The notes under the pieces were generated by a model that did not search any database, had not been told where the DNA came from, and worked only from the letters and a program-made list of their open reading frames with translations. From the NCBI GenBank assembly GCA_964016885.1, contig OZ024741.1:48422001-48486000 (forward strand): a stretch of 64,000 nt of DNA, written 5' to 3'. Below, one piece after another: positions 30,001-45,000 of this stretch (the stretch's first letter is position 1; each line of letters starts with the position of its first letter). This stretch comes from Eledone cirrhosa (Eukaryota). Made by a program: the position numbers and the translations under genes.

Positions 30001-33000
30001 TAACATTCTCAATCTTCATATAAACCCACACTGTATTGCCCTCTAACATTCTCAATCTTCATGTAAACCCACACTGTATTGCCCTCTACCATACTCAATC
30101 TTCATATAAACCCACACTGTATTGCTCTCTACCATTCTCAATCTTCATGTAAACCCACACTTTATTGCCCTCTACTATTCTCAATCTTCATATAAACCCA
30201 CACTGTATTGCCCTCTAACATTCTCAATCTTCATATAAACCCACACTGTATTGCTCTCTACCATTCTCAATCTTCATGTAAACCCACACTGTATTGCCCT
30301 CTACCATGCTCAATCTTCATATAAACCCACACTGTATTGCTCTCTACCATCCTCAATCTTCATATAAACCCACACTGTATTGCTCTCTACCATCCTCAAT
30401 CTTCATGTAAACCCACACTGTATTGCCCTCCACCTTTCTCAATCTTCATATAAACCCACACTGTATTGCCCTCTACCATCCTCAATCTTCATGTAAACCC
30501 ACACTGTATGCACTCTACCATTCTCAATCTTCATATAAACCCACACTGTATTGCCCTCTACCATCCTCAATCTTCATATAAACCCACACTGTATTGCCTC
30601 TACCATCCTCAATCTTCATATAAACCCAAACTGTATTGCCCTCTACCATTCTCAATTTTCATGTAAACCCACACTGTATTGCCCTCTACCATCCTCAATT
30701 TTCATATAAACCCACACTGTATTGCTCTCTACCATCCTCAATCTTCATATAAACCCACTCTGTATTGCCCTCTACCATTCTCAATCTTCATATAAACCCA
30801 CACTGTATTGTCCTCTACCATTCTCAATCTTCATATAAACCCACGCTGTATTCCCCTCTACCATTCTCAATCTTCATGTAAACCCACACTGTATGGCCTC
30901 TAACATCCTCAATCTTCATGTAAACCCACACTGTATTGCCCTCTACCATTCTCAATATTCATATAAACCCACACTGTATTGCCCTCTACCATCCTCAATC
31001 TTCATATAAAACCACACTGTATTGCCCTCTACCACCCTCAATCTTCATGTAAACCCACACTGGATTGCCCTCTACCATCCTCAATCTTCATGTAAACGCA
31101 CACTGTATGCCCTCTACTATTCTCAATCTTCATATAAACCCACACTGTATTGCCCTCTACCATCCTCAATCTTCATATAAACCCACACTGTATTGCCCTC
31201 TACCATCCTCAATCTTCATATAAACCCACACTGTATTGCCCTCTACCATCCTCAATCTTCATATAAACACACACTTTATTGCCCTCTACCATTCTCAATC
31301 TTCATATAAACCCACAGTGTATTGCCCTCTACCATTCTCAATCTTCATATAAACCCACACTGTATTGCCTCTACCATCCTCAATCTTCATATAAACCCAC
31401 ACTGTATTGCCCTCTACCATTCTCAATCTTCATGTAAACCGACACTGTATTGCCCTCTACCATTCTCAATCTTCATATAAACCCACAGTGTATTGCCCTC
31501 TACCATTCTCAATCTTCATATAAACCCACACTGTATTGCCTCTACCATCCTCAATCTTCATATAAACCCACACTGTATTGCCCTCTACCACCCTCAATCT
31601 TCATGTAAACCCACACTGGATTGCCCTCTACCATCCTCAATCTTCATGTAAACGCACACTGTATGTCCTCTACTATTCTCAATCTTCATATAAACCCACA
31701 CTGTATTGCCCTCTACCATTCTCAATCTTCATATAAACCCACACTTTATTGCCCTCTACTATTCTCAATCTTCATATAAACCCACACTGTATTGCCCTCT
31801 ACCATCCTCAATCTTCATATAAACCCACACTTTATTGCCCTCTACCGTCCTCAATCTTCATGTAAACCCACACCGTATTGCCCTCTACCATTCTCAATCT
31901 TCATGTAAACCCACACTGTATTGCCCTCTACCATCCTCAATCTTCATATAAACCCACACTGTATTGCCCTCTACCATTCTTAATCTTCATGTAAACCCAC
32001 ACTGTATTGCCCTCTAACATTCTCAATCTTCATATAAACCCACACTGTATTGCCCTCTACCATTCTCAATCTTCATATAAACCCACACTGTATTGCCCTC
32101 TACCATTCTCAATCTTCATATAAACCCACACTGTATTGCCCTCTACCATTCTCAATCTTCATGTAAACCCACACTGTTTTGCCCTCTACCACCCTCAATC
32201 TTCATGTAAACCCACACTGTATTGCCCTCTACCATTCTCAATCTTCATGTAAACCCACACTGTATTGCCCTCTACCATTCTCAATCTTCATGTAAACCCA
32301 CACTGTATTGCCCTCTACCATCCTCAATCTTCATATAAACCCACACTGTATTGCCCTCTACCATCCTCAATCTTCATGTAAACCGACACTGTATTGCCCT
32401 CTACCATCCTCAATCTTCATATAAACCCACACTTTATTGCCCTCTACCATCCTCAATCTTCATATAAACCCACACTGTATTGCCCTCTACCATTCTCAAT
32501 CTTCATGTAAACCCACACTGTATTGCTCTCTACCATCCTCAATCTTCATATAAACCCACACTGTATTGCCCTCTACCATTCTCAATCTTCATGTAAACCC
32601 ACACTGTATTGCTCTCTACCATCCTCAATCTTCATATAAACCCACACTGTATTGCCCTCTACCATTCTCAATCTTCATGTAAACCCACACTGTATTGCTC
32701 TCTACCATCCTCAATCTTCATATAAACCCACACTGTATTGCCCTCTACCATGCTCAATCTTCATATAAACCCACTCTGTATTGCCCTCTACCATTCTCAA
32801 TCTTCATATAAACCCACACTGTATTATCCTCTACCATCCTCAATCTTCATATAAACCCACACTGTATTGCCCTCTACCATGCTCAATCTTCATGTAAACC
32901 CACACTGTATTGCTCTCTACCATCCTCAATCTTCATATAAACCCACTCTGTATTGCCCTCTACCATTCTCAATCTTCATATAAACCCACACTGTATTGTC

Positions 33001-36000
33001 CTCTACCATTCTCAATCTTCATGTAAACCCACAGTGTATTGCCCTCTACCATTCTCAATCTTCATGTAAACCCACACTGTATTGCCCTTTACCATTCTCA
33101 ATCTTCATGTAAACCCACACTGTATTGCCCTCTACCATTCTCAATCTTCATGTAAAACCCATACTGTATTGCCCTCTACCATCCTCAATCTTCATGTAAA
33201 CCCACAATGTATTGCCCTCTACCATCCTCAATCTTCATATAAACCCACACTGTATTGCCCATCACCATGGTCAATCTTCATATAAACCAACACTGTATTG
33301 CCCTCTACCATCCTCAATCTTCATGTAAACCAATACTGTATTGCCCTCTACCATCCTCAATCTTCATGTAAACCCACATTGTATTGCCCTCTACCATCCT
33401 CAATCTTCATGTAAACCCACACTGTGTTGCCCTCTACCATCCCCAATCTTCATATAAACCCACACTGTATTGCCCTCTACCATCCTCAATCTTCATGTAA
33501 ACCCACACTCTATGGCCTCTACCATCCTCAATCGTCATGTAAACCCACACTGTATTGCCCTCTACCATTCTCAATATTCATATAAACCCACACTGTATTG
33601 CCCTCTACCATCCTCAATCTTCATATAAAACCACACTGTATGGCCTCTACCATCCTCAATCTTCATATAAACCCATACTATATTGCCCTCTAACATTCTC
33701 AATCTTCATATAAACCCACACTGTATTGCTCTCTACCATTCTCAATCTTCATGTAAACCCACACTGTATTGCCCTCTACCATGCTCAATCTTCATATAAA
33801 CCCACACTGTATTGCCCTCTACCATCCTCAATCTTCATGTAAACCCACACTGTATTGCCCTCCACCTTTCTCAATCTTCATATAAACCCACACTGTATTG
33901 CCCTCTACCATCCTCAATCTTCATGAAAACCCACACTGTATGCACTCTACCATTCTCAATCTTCATATAAACCCACACTGTATTGCCCTCTACCATCCTC
34001 AATCTTCATGTAAACCCACACTGTATTGCCCTCTACCATCCTCAATCTTCATGTAAACCCACACTGTATTGCCCTCTACGTTTCTCAATCTTCATATAAA
34101 CCCACACTGTATTGCCCTCTACCATCCTCAATCTTCATGTAAACCCACACTGTATTGCCCTCTACCATCCTCAATCTTCATGTAAACCCACACTGTATTG
34201 CCCTCTACCATCCTCAATCTTCATGTAAACCCACACTGTATTGCCCTCTACCATTCTCAATCTTCATGTAAACCCACGCTGTATTGCCCTCTACCATTCT
34301 CAATCTTCATGTAAACCCACACTGTATGGCCTCTACCATCCTCAATCTTCATGTAAACCCACACTGTATTGCCCTCTACCATTCTCAATATTCATATAAA
34401 CCCACACTGTATTGTCCTCTACCATCCTCAATCTTCATATAAAACCACACTCTATTGCCCTCTACCACCCTCAATCTTCATGTAAACCCACACTGGATTG
34501 CCCTCTACCATCCTCAATCTTCATGTAAACGCACACTGTATGCCCTCTACCATCCTCATTCTTCATATAAACCCACACTGTATTGCCCTCTACCATCCTC
34601 AATCTTCATATAAACCCACACTGTATTGCCCTCTACCATCCTCAATCTTCATATAAACCCACACTGTATTGCCCTCTACCATCCTCAATCTTCATATAAA
34701 CCCACACTTTATTGCCCTCTACCATTCTCAATCTTCATATAAACCCACAGTGTATTGCCCTCTACCATTCTCAATCTTCATATAAACCCACACTGTATTG
34801 CCTCTACCATCCTCAATCTTCATATAAACCCACACTGTATTGCCCTCTACCATTCTCAATCTTCATGTAAACCGACACTGTATTGCCCTCTACCATTCTC
34901 AATCTTCATATAAACCCACAGTGTATTGCCCTCTACCATTCTCAATCTTCATATAAACCCACACTGTATTGCCTCTACCATCCTCAATCTTCATATAAAC
35001 CCAAACTGTATTGCCCTCTACCATTCTCAATTTTCATGTAAACCCACACTGTATTGCCCTCTACCATCCTCAATCTTCATATAAAACCACACTGTATTGC
35101 CCTCTACCACCCTCAATCTTCATGTAAACCCACACTGGATTGCCCTCTACCATCCTCAATCTTCATGTAAACCCACACTGTATTGCCCTCTACCATCCTC
35201 AATCTTCATATAAACCCACACTGTATTGCCCTCTACCATTCTTAATCTTCATGTAAACCCACACTGTATTGCCCTCTAACATTCTCAATCTTCATATAAA
35301 CCCACACTGTATTGCCCTCTACCATTCTCAATCTTCATATAAACCCACACTGTATTGCCCTCTACCATTCTCAATCTTCATATAAACCCACACTGTATTG
35401 CCCTCTACCACCCTCAATCTTCATGTAAACCCACACTGTATTGCCCTCTAACATTCTCAATCTTCATATAAACCCACACTGTATTGCCCTCTACCATTCT
35501 CAATCTTCATATAAACCCACACTGTATTGCCCTCTACCATTCTCAATCTTCATGTAAACCCACACTGTATTGCCCTCTACCACCCTCAATCTTCATGTAA
35601 ACCCACACTGTATTGCCCTCTACGTTTCTCAATCTTCATATAAACCCACACTGTATTGCCCTCTACCATCCTCAATCTTCATGTAAACCCACACTGTATT
35701 GCCCTCTACCATCCTCAATCTTCATGTAAACCCACACTGTATTGCCCTCTACCATCCTCAATCTTCATGTAAACCCACACTGTATTGCCCTCTACCATTC
35801 TCAATCTTCATGTAAACCCACGCTGTATTGCCCTCTACCATTCTCAATCTTCATGTAAACCCACACTGTATGGCCTCTACCATCCTCAATCTTCATGTAA
35901 ACCCACACTGTATTGCCCTCTACCATTCTCAATATTCATATAAACCCACACTGTATTGTCCTCTACCATCCTCAATCTTCATATAAAACCACACTCTATT

Positions 36001-39000
36001 GCCCTCTACCACCCTCAATCTTCATGTAAACCCACACTGGATTGCCCTCTACCATCCTCAATCTTCATGTAAACGCACACTGTATGCCCTCTACCATCCT
36101 CATTCTTCATATAAACCCACACTGTATTGCCCTCTACCATCCTCAATCTTCATATAAACCCACACTGTATTGCCCTCTACCATCCTCAATCTTCATATAA
36201 ACCCACACTGTATTGCCCTCTACCATCCTCAATCTTCATATAAACCCACACTTTATTGCCCTCTACCATTCTCAATCTTCATATAAACCCACAGTGTATT
36301 GCCCTCTACCATTCTCAATCTTCATATAAACCCACACTGTATTGCCTCTACCATCCTCAATCTTCATATAAACCCACACTGTATTGCCCTCTACCATTCT
36401 CAATCTTCATGTAAACCGACACTGTATTGCCCTCTACCATTCTCAATCTTCATATAAACCCACAGTGTATTGCCCTCTACCATTCTCAATCTTCATATAA
36501 ACCCACACTGTATTGCCTCTACCATCCTCAATCTTCATATAAACCCAAACTGTATTGCCCTCTACCATTCTCAATTTTCATGTAAACCCACACTGTATTG
36601 CCCTCTACCATCCTCAATCTTCATATAAAACCACACTGTATTGCCCTCTACCACCCTCAATCTTCATGTAAACCCACACTGGATTGCCCTCTACCATCCT
36701 CAATCTTCATGTAAACCCACACTGTATTGCCCTCTACCATCCTCAATCTTCATATAAACCCACACTGTATTGCCCTCTACCATTCTTAATCTTCATGTAA
36801 ACCCACACTGTATTGCCCTCTAACATTCTCAATCTTCATATAAACCCACACTGTATTGCCCTCTACCATTCTCAATCTTCATATAAACCCACACTGTATT
36901 GCCCTCTACCACCCTCAATCTTCATGTAAACCCACACTGTATTGCCCTCTAACATTCTCAATCTTCATATAAAGCCACACTGTATTGCCCTCTACCATTC
37001 TCAATCTTCATATAAACCCACACTGTATTGCCCTCTACCATTCTCAATCTTCATGTAAACCCACACTGTATTGCCCTCTACCACCCTCAATCTTCATGTA
37101 AACCCACACTGTATTGCCCTCTACCATTCTCAATCTTCATGTAAACCCACACTGTATTGCCCTCTACCATTCTCAATCTTCAGGTAAACCCACACTGTAT
37201 TGCCCTCTACCATCCTCAATCTTCATGTAAACCGACACTGTATTGCCCTCTACCATCCTCAATCTTCATATAAACCCACACTTTATTGCCCTCTACCATC
37301 CTCAATCTTCATATAAACCCACACTGTATTGCCCTCTACCATTCTCAATCTTCATGTAAACCCACACTGTATTGCTCTCTACCATCCTCAATCTTCATAT
37401 AAACCCACACTGTATTGCCCTCTACCATTCTCAATCTTCATGTAAACCCACACTGTATTGCTCTCTACCATCCTCAATCTTCATATAAACCCACACTGTA
37501 TTGCCCTCTACCATTCTCAATCTTCATGTAAACCCACACTGTATTGCTCTCTACCATGCTCAATCTTCATATAAACCCACTCTGTATTGCCCTCTACCAT
37601 TCTCAATCTTCATATAAACCCACACTGTATTATCCTCTACCATCATCAATCTTCATATAAACCCACACTGTATTGCCCTCTACCATTCTCAATCTTCATG
37701 TAAACCCACACTGTATTGCTGTCTACCATCCTCAATCTTCATATAAACCCACTCTGTATTGCCCTCTACCATTCTCAATCTTCATATAAACCCACACTGT
37801 ATTGTCCTCTACCATTCTCAATCTTCATGTAAACCCACACTGTATTGCCCTTTACCATTCTCAATCTTCATGTAAACCCACACTGTATTGCCCTCTACCA
37901 TTCTCAATCTTCATGTAAAACCCATACTGTATTGCCCTCTACCATCCTCAATCTTCATGTAAACCCACAATGTATTGCCCTCTACCATCCTCAATCTTCA
38001 TATAAACCCACACTGTATTGCCCATCACCATAGTCAATCTTCATATAAACCAACACTGTATTGCCCTCTACCATCCTCAATCTTCATGTAAACCAATACT
38101 GTATTGCCCTCTACCATCCTCAATCTTCATGTAAACCCACATTGTATTGCCATCTACCATCCTCAATCTTCATGTAAACCCACACTGTATTGCCCTCTAC
38201 CATCCCCAATCTTCATATAAACCCACACTGTATTGCCCTCTACCATCCTCAATCTTCATGTAAACCCACACTCTATGGCCTCTACCATCCTCAATCGTCA
38301 TGTAAACCCACACTGTATTGCCCTCTACCATTCTCAATATTCATATAAACCCACACTGTATTGCCCTCTACCATCCTCAATCTTCATATAAAACCACACT
38401 GTATGGCCTCTACCATCCTCAATCTTCATATAAACCCACACTGTATTGCCCTCTAACATTCTCAATCTTCATATAAACACACACTGTATTGCTCTCTACC
38501 ATTCTCAATCTTCATGTAAACCCACACTGTATTGCCCTCTACCATGCTCAATCTTCATATAAACCCACACTGTATTGCCCTCTACCATCCTCAATCTTCA
38601 TGTAAACCCACACTGTATTGCCCTCCACCTTTCTCAATCTTCATATAAACCCACACTGTATTGCCCTCTACCATCCTCAATCTTCATGTAAACCCACACT
38701 GTATGCACTCTACCATTCTCAATCTTCATATAAACCCACACTGTATTGCCCTCTACCATCCTCAATCTTCATGTAAACCCACACTATATTGCCCTCTACC
38801 ATCCTCAATCTTCATGTAAACCCACACTGTATTGCCCTCTACGTTTCTCAATCTTCATATAAACCCACACTGTATTGCCCTCTACCATCCTCAATCTTCA
38901 TGTAAACCCACACTGTATTGCCCTCTACCATCCTCAATCTTCATGTAAACCCACACTGTATTGCCCTCTACCATCCTCAATCTTCATGTAAACCCACACT

Positions 39001-42000
39001 GTATTGCCCTCTACCATTCTCAATCTTCATGTAAACCCACGCTGTATTCCCCTCTACCATTCTCAATCTTCATGTAAACCCACACTGTATTGTCCTCTAC
39101 CATCCTCAATCTTCATATAAAACCACACTCTATTGCCCTCTACCACCCTCAATCTTCATGTAAACCCACACTGGATTGCCCTCTACCATCCTCAATCTTC
39201 ATGTAAACGCACACTGTATGCCCTCTACCATCCTCATTCTTCATATAAACCCACACTGTATTGCCCTCTACCATCCTCAATCTTCATATAAACCCACACT
39301 GTATTGCCCTCTACCATCCTCAATCTTCATATAAACCCACACTGTATTGCCCTCTACCATCCTCAATCTTCATATAAACCCACACTTTATTGCCCTCTAC
39401 CATTCTCAATCTTCATATAAACCCACAGTGTATTGCCCTCTACCATTCTCAATCTTCATATAAACCCACACTGTATTGCCTCTACCATCCTCAATCTTCA
39501 TATAAACCCACACTGTATTGCCCTCTACCATTCTCAATCTTCATGTAAACCGACACTGTATTGCCCTCTACCATTCTCAATCTTCATATAAACCCACAGT
39601 GTTTTGCCCTCTACCATTCTCAATCTTCATATAAACCCACACTGTATTGCCTCTACCATCCTCAATCTTCATATAAACCCAAACTGTATTGCCCTCTACC
39701 ATTCTCAATTTTCATGTAAACCCACACTGTATTGCCCTCTACCATCCTCAATCTTCATATAAAACCACACTGTATTGCCCTCTACCACCCTCAATCTTCA
39801 TGTAAACCCACACTGGATTGCCCTCTACCATCCTCAATCTTCATGTAAACCCACACTGTATTGCCCTCTACCATCCTCAATCTTCATATAAACCCACACT
39901 GTATTGCCCTCTACCATTCTTAATCTTCATGTAAACCCACACTGTATTGCCCTCTAACATTCTCAATCTTCATATAAACCCACACTGTATTGCCCTCTAC
40001 CATTCTCAATCTTCATATAAACCCACACTGTATTGCCCTCTACCATTCTCAATCTTCATATAAACCCACACTGTATTGCCCTCTACCACCCTCAATCTTC
40101 ATGTAAACCCACACTGTATTGCCCTCTAACATTCTCAATCTTCATATAAACCCACACTGTATTGCCCTCTACCATTCTCAATCTTCATATAAACCCACAC
40201 TGTATTGCCCTCTACCATTCTCAATCTTCATGTAAACCCACACTGTATTGCCCTCTACCACCCTCAATCTTCATGTAAACCCACACTGTATTGCCCTCTA
40301 CCATTCTCAATCTTCATGTAAACCCACACTGTATTGCCCTCTACCATTCTCAATCTTCAGGTAAACCCACACTGTATTGCCCTCTACCATCCTCAATCTT
40401 CATATAAACCCACACTGTATTGCCCTCTACCATCCTCAATCTTCATGTAAACCGACACTGTATTGCCCTCTACCATCCTCAATCTTCATATAAACCCACA
40501 CTTTATTGCCCTCTACCATCCTCAATCTTCATATAAACCCACACTGTATTGCCCTCTACCATTCTCAATCTTCATGTAAACCCACACTGTATTGCTCTCT
40601 ACCATGCTCAATCTTCATATAAACCCACTCTGTATTGCCCTCTACCATTCTCAATCTTCATATAAACCCACACTGTATTATCCTCTACCATCATCAATCT
40701 TCATATAAACCCACACTGTATTGCCCTCTACCATTCTCAATCTTCATGTAAACCCACACTGTATTGCTGTCTACCATCCTCAATCTTCATATAAACCCAC
40801 TCTGTATTGCCCTCTACCATTCTCAATCTTCATATAAACCCACACTGTATTGTCCTCTACCATTCTCAATCTTCATATAAACCCACACTGTATTGCCCTC
40901 TAACATTCTCAATCTTCATATAAACCCACACTGTATTGCCCTCTACCGTCCTCAATCTTCATATAAACCCACACTGTATTGCCCTCTACCGTCCTCAATC
41001 TTCATATAAACCCACACTGTATTGCCCTCTACCATTCTCAATCTTCATATAAACCCACACTGTATTGCCCTCTAACATTCTCAATCTTCATATAAACCCA
41101 CACTGTATTGCCCTCTAACATTCTCAATCTTCATATAAACCCACACTGTATTGCCCTCTACCGTCCTCAATCTTCATATAAACCCACACTGTATTGCCCT
41201 CTACCATTCTCAATCTTCATATAAACCCACACTGTATTGCCCTCTACCATTCTCAATCTTCATATAAACCCACACTGTATTGCCCTCTAACATTCTCAAT
41301 CTTCATATAAACCCACACTGTATTGCCCTCTAACATTCTCAATCGTCATATAAACCCACACTGTATTGCCCTCTACCATTCTCAATCTTCATGTAAACCC
41401 ACACTGTATTGCCCTCTAACATTCTCAATCTTCATATAAACCCACACTGTATTGCCCTCTACCGTCCTCAATCTTCATATAAACCCACACTGTATTGCCC
41501 TCTACCGTCCTCAATCTTCATATAAACCCACACTGTATTGCCCTCTACCATTCTCAATCTTCATATAAACCCACACTGTATTGCCCTCTAACATTCTCAA
41601 TCTTCATATAAACCCACACTGTATTGCCCTCTAACATTCTCAATCTTCATATAAACCCACACTGTATTGCCCTCTACCGTCCTCAATCTTCATATAAACC
41701 CACACTGTATTGCCCTCTACTGTCCTCAATCTTCATATAAACCCACACTGTATTGCCCTCTACCATTCTCAATCTTCATATAAACCCACACTGTATTGCC
41801 CTCTAACATTCTCAATCTTCATATAAACCCACACTGTATGCCCTCTAACATTCTCAATCTTCATATAAACCCACACTGTATTGCCCTCTACCATTCTCAA
41901 TCTTCATATAAACCCACACTGTATTGCCCTCTACCATTCTCAATCTTCATATAAACCCACACTGTATTGCCCTCTACCATTCTCAATCTTCATATAAACC

Positions 42001-45000
42001 CACACTGTATTCCCTCTACCATCCTCAATCTTCATATAAACCCACACTGTATTGCCCTCTACCATTCTCAATTTTCATGTAAACCCACACTGTATTGCCC
42101 TCTAACATTCTCAATCTTCATATAAACCCACACTGTATTGCCCTCTAACATTCTCAATCTTCATATAAACCCACACTGTATTGCCCTCTACCGTCCTCAA
42201 TCTTCATATAAACCCACACTGTATTGCCCTCTACCGTCCTCAATCTTCATATAAACCCACACTGTATTGCCCTCTACCATTCTCAATCTTCATATAAACC
42301 CACACTGTATTGCCCTCTAACATTCTCAATCTTCATATAAACCCACACTGTATGCCCTCTAACATTCTCAATCTTCATATAAACCCACACTGTATTGCCC
42401 TCTACCATTCTCAATCTTCATATAAACCCACACTGTATTCCCTCTACCATCCTCAATCTTCATATAAACCCACACTGTATTGCCCTCTACCATTCTCAAT
42501 TTTCATGTAAACCCACACTGTATTGCCCTCTAACATTCTCAATCTTCATATAAACCCACACTGTATTGCCCTCTACCATCCTCAATCTTCATATAAACCC
42601 ACACTGTATTGCCTCTACCATTCTCAATCTTCATGTAAACCCACAGTGTATTGCCTCTCCCATTCTCAATCTTCATGTAAACCCACACTGTATGCCCTCT
42701 ACCACCCTCAATCTTCATGTAAACCCACACTGGATTGCCCTCTACCATCCTCAATCTTCATGTAAACGCACACTGTATACCCTCTACCATCCTCAATCTT
42801 CATATAATCCCACACTGTATTGCCCTCTACCATCCTCAATCTTCATATAAACCCACACTGTATTGCCCTCTTTCCACCCTCAAACTTCATATAAACCCAC
42901 ACTGTATGCCCTCTACTATTCTCAATCTTCATATAAACCCACACTGTATTGCCCTCTACCATTCTCAATCTTCATATAAACCCACACTTTATTGCCCTCT
43001 ACTATTCTCAATCTTCATATAAACCCACACTGTATTGCCCTCTACCATCCTCAATCTTCATATAAACCCACACTTTATTGCCCTCTACCGTCCTCAATCT
43101 TCATGTAAACCCACACCATATTGCCCTCTACCATTCTCAATCTTCATGTAAACCCACACTGTATTGCCCTCTACCATCCTCAATCTTCATATAAACCCAC
43201 ACTGTATTGCCCTCTACCATTCTTAATCTTCATGTAAACCCACACTGTATTGCCCTCTAACATTCTCAATCTTCATATAAACCCACACTGTATTGCCCTC
43301 TACCATTCTCAATCTTCATATAAACCCACACTTTATTGCCCTCTACTATTCTCAATCTTCATATAAACCCACACTGTATTGCCCTCTACCATCCTCAATC
43401 GTCATATAAACCCACACTTTATTGCCCTCTACCATTCTCAATCTTCATATAAACCCACACTGTATTGCCCTCTACCATTCTCAATCTTCATATAAAACCA
43501 CACTGTATGGCCTCTACCATCCTCAATCTTCATATAAACCCACACTGTATTGCCCTCTACCATCCTCAATCTTCATATAAACCCACACTGTATTGCCCTC
43601 TACCATCCTCAATCTTCATGTAAACCGACACTGTATTGCCCTCTACCATCCTCAATCTTCATATAAACCCACACTTTATTGCCCTCTACCATCCTCAATC
43701 TTCATATAAACCCACACTGTATTGCCCTCTACCACTCTCAATCTTCATGTAACCCCACACTGTATTGCTCTCTACCATCCTCAATCTTCATATAAACCCA
43801 CTCTGTATTGCCCTCTACCATTCTCAATCTTCATATAAACCCACACTGTATTGTCGTCTACCATCCTCAATCTTCATATAAACCCACGCTGTATTCCCCT
43901 CTACCATTCTCAATCTTCATGTAAACCCACACTGTATGGCCTCTACCATCCTCAATCTTCATGTAAACCCACACTGTATTGCCCTCTACCATTCTCAATA
44001 TTCATATAAACCCACACTGTATTGCCCTCTACCATTCTCAATCTTCATGTAAACCCACACTGTATTGCCCTCTACCATCCTCAATCTTCATATAAACCCA
44101 CACTTTATTGCCCTCTACCATCCTCAATCTTCATATAAACCCACACTGTATTGCCCTCTACCACTCTCAATCTTCATGTAAACCCACACTGTATTGCTCT
44201 CTACCATCCTCAATCTTCATATAAACCCACTCTGTATTGCCCTCTACCATTCTCAATCTTCATATAAACCCACACTGTATTGTCCTCTACCATCCTCAAT
44301 CTTCATATAAACCCACGCTGTATTCCCCTCTACCATTCTCAATCTTCATGTAAACCCACACTGTATGCCCTCTACCACCCTCAATCTTCATGTAAACCCA
44401 CACTGGATTGCCCTCTACCATCCTCAATCTTCATGTAAACGCACACTGTATGCCCTCTACCATCCTCAATCTTCATATAAACCCACACTGTATTGCCCTC
44501 TACCATCCTCAATCTTCATATAAACCCACACTGTATTGCCCTCTTTCCACCCTCAAACTTCATATAAACCCACACTGTATGCCCTCTACTATTCTCAATC
44601 TTCATATAAACCCACACTGTATTGCCCTCTACCATTCTCAATCTTCATATAAACCCACACTTTATTGCCCTCTACTATTCTCAATCTTCATATAAACCCA
44701 CACTGTATTGCCCTCTACCATCCTCAATCTTCATATAAACCCACACTTTATTGCCCTCTACCGTCCTCAATCTTCATGTAAACCCACACCATATTGCCCT
44801 CTACCATTCTCAATCTTCATGTAAACCCACACTGTATTGCCCTCTACCATCCTCAATCTTCATATAAACCCACACTGTATTGCCCTCTACCATTCTTAAT
44901 CTTCATGTAAACCCACACTGTATTGCCCTCTAACATTCTCAATCTTCATATAAACCCACACTGTATTGCCCTCTACCATTCTCAATCTTCATATAAACCC

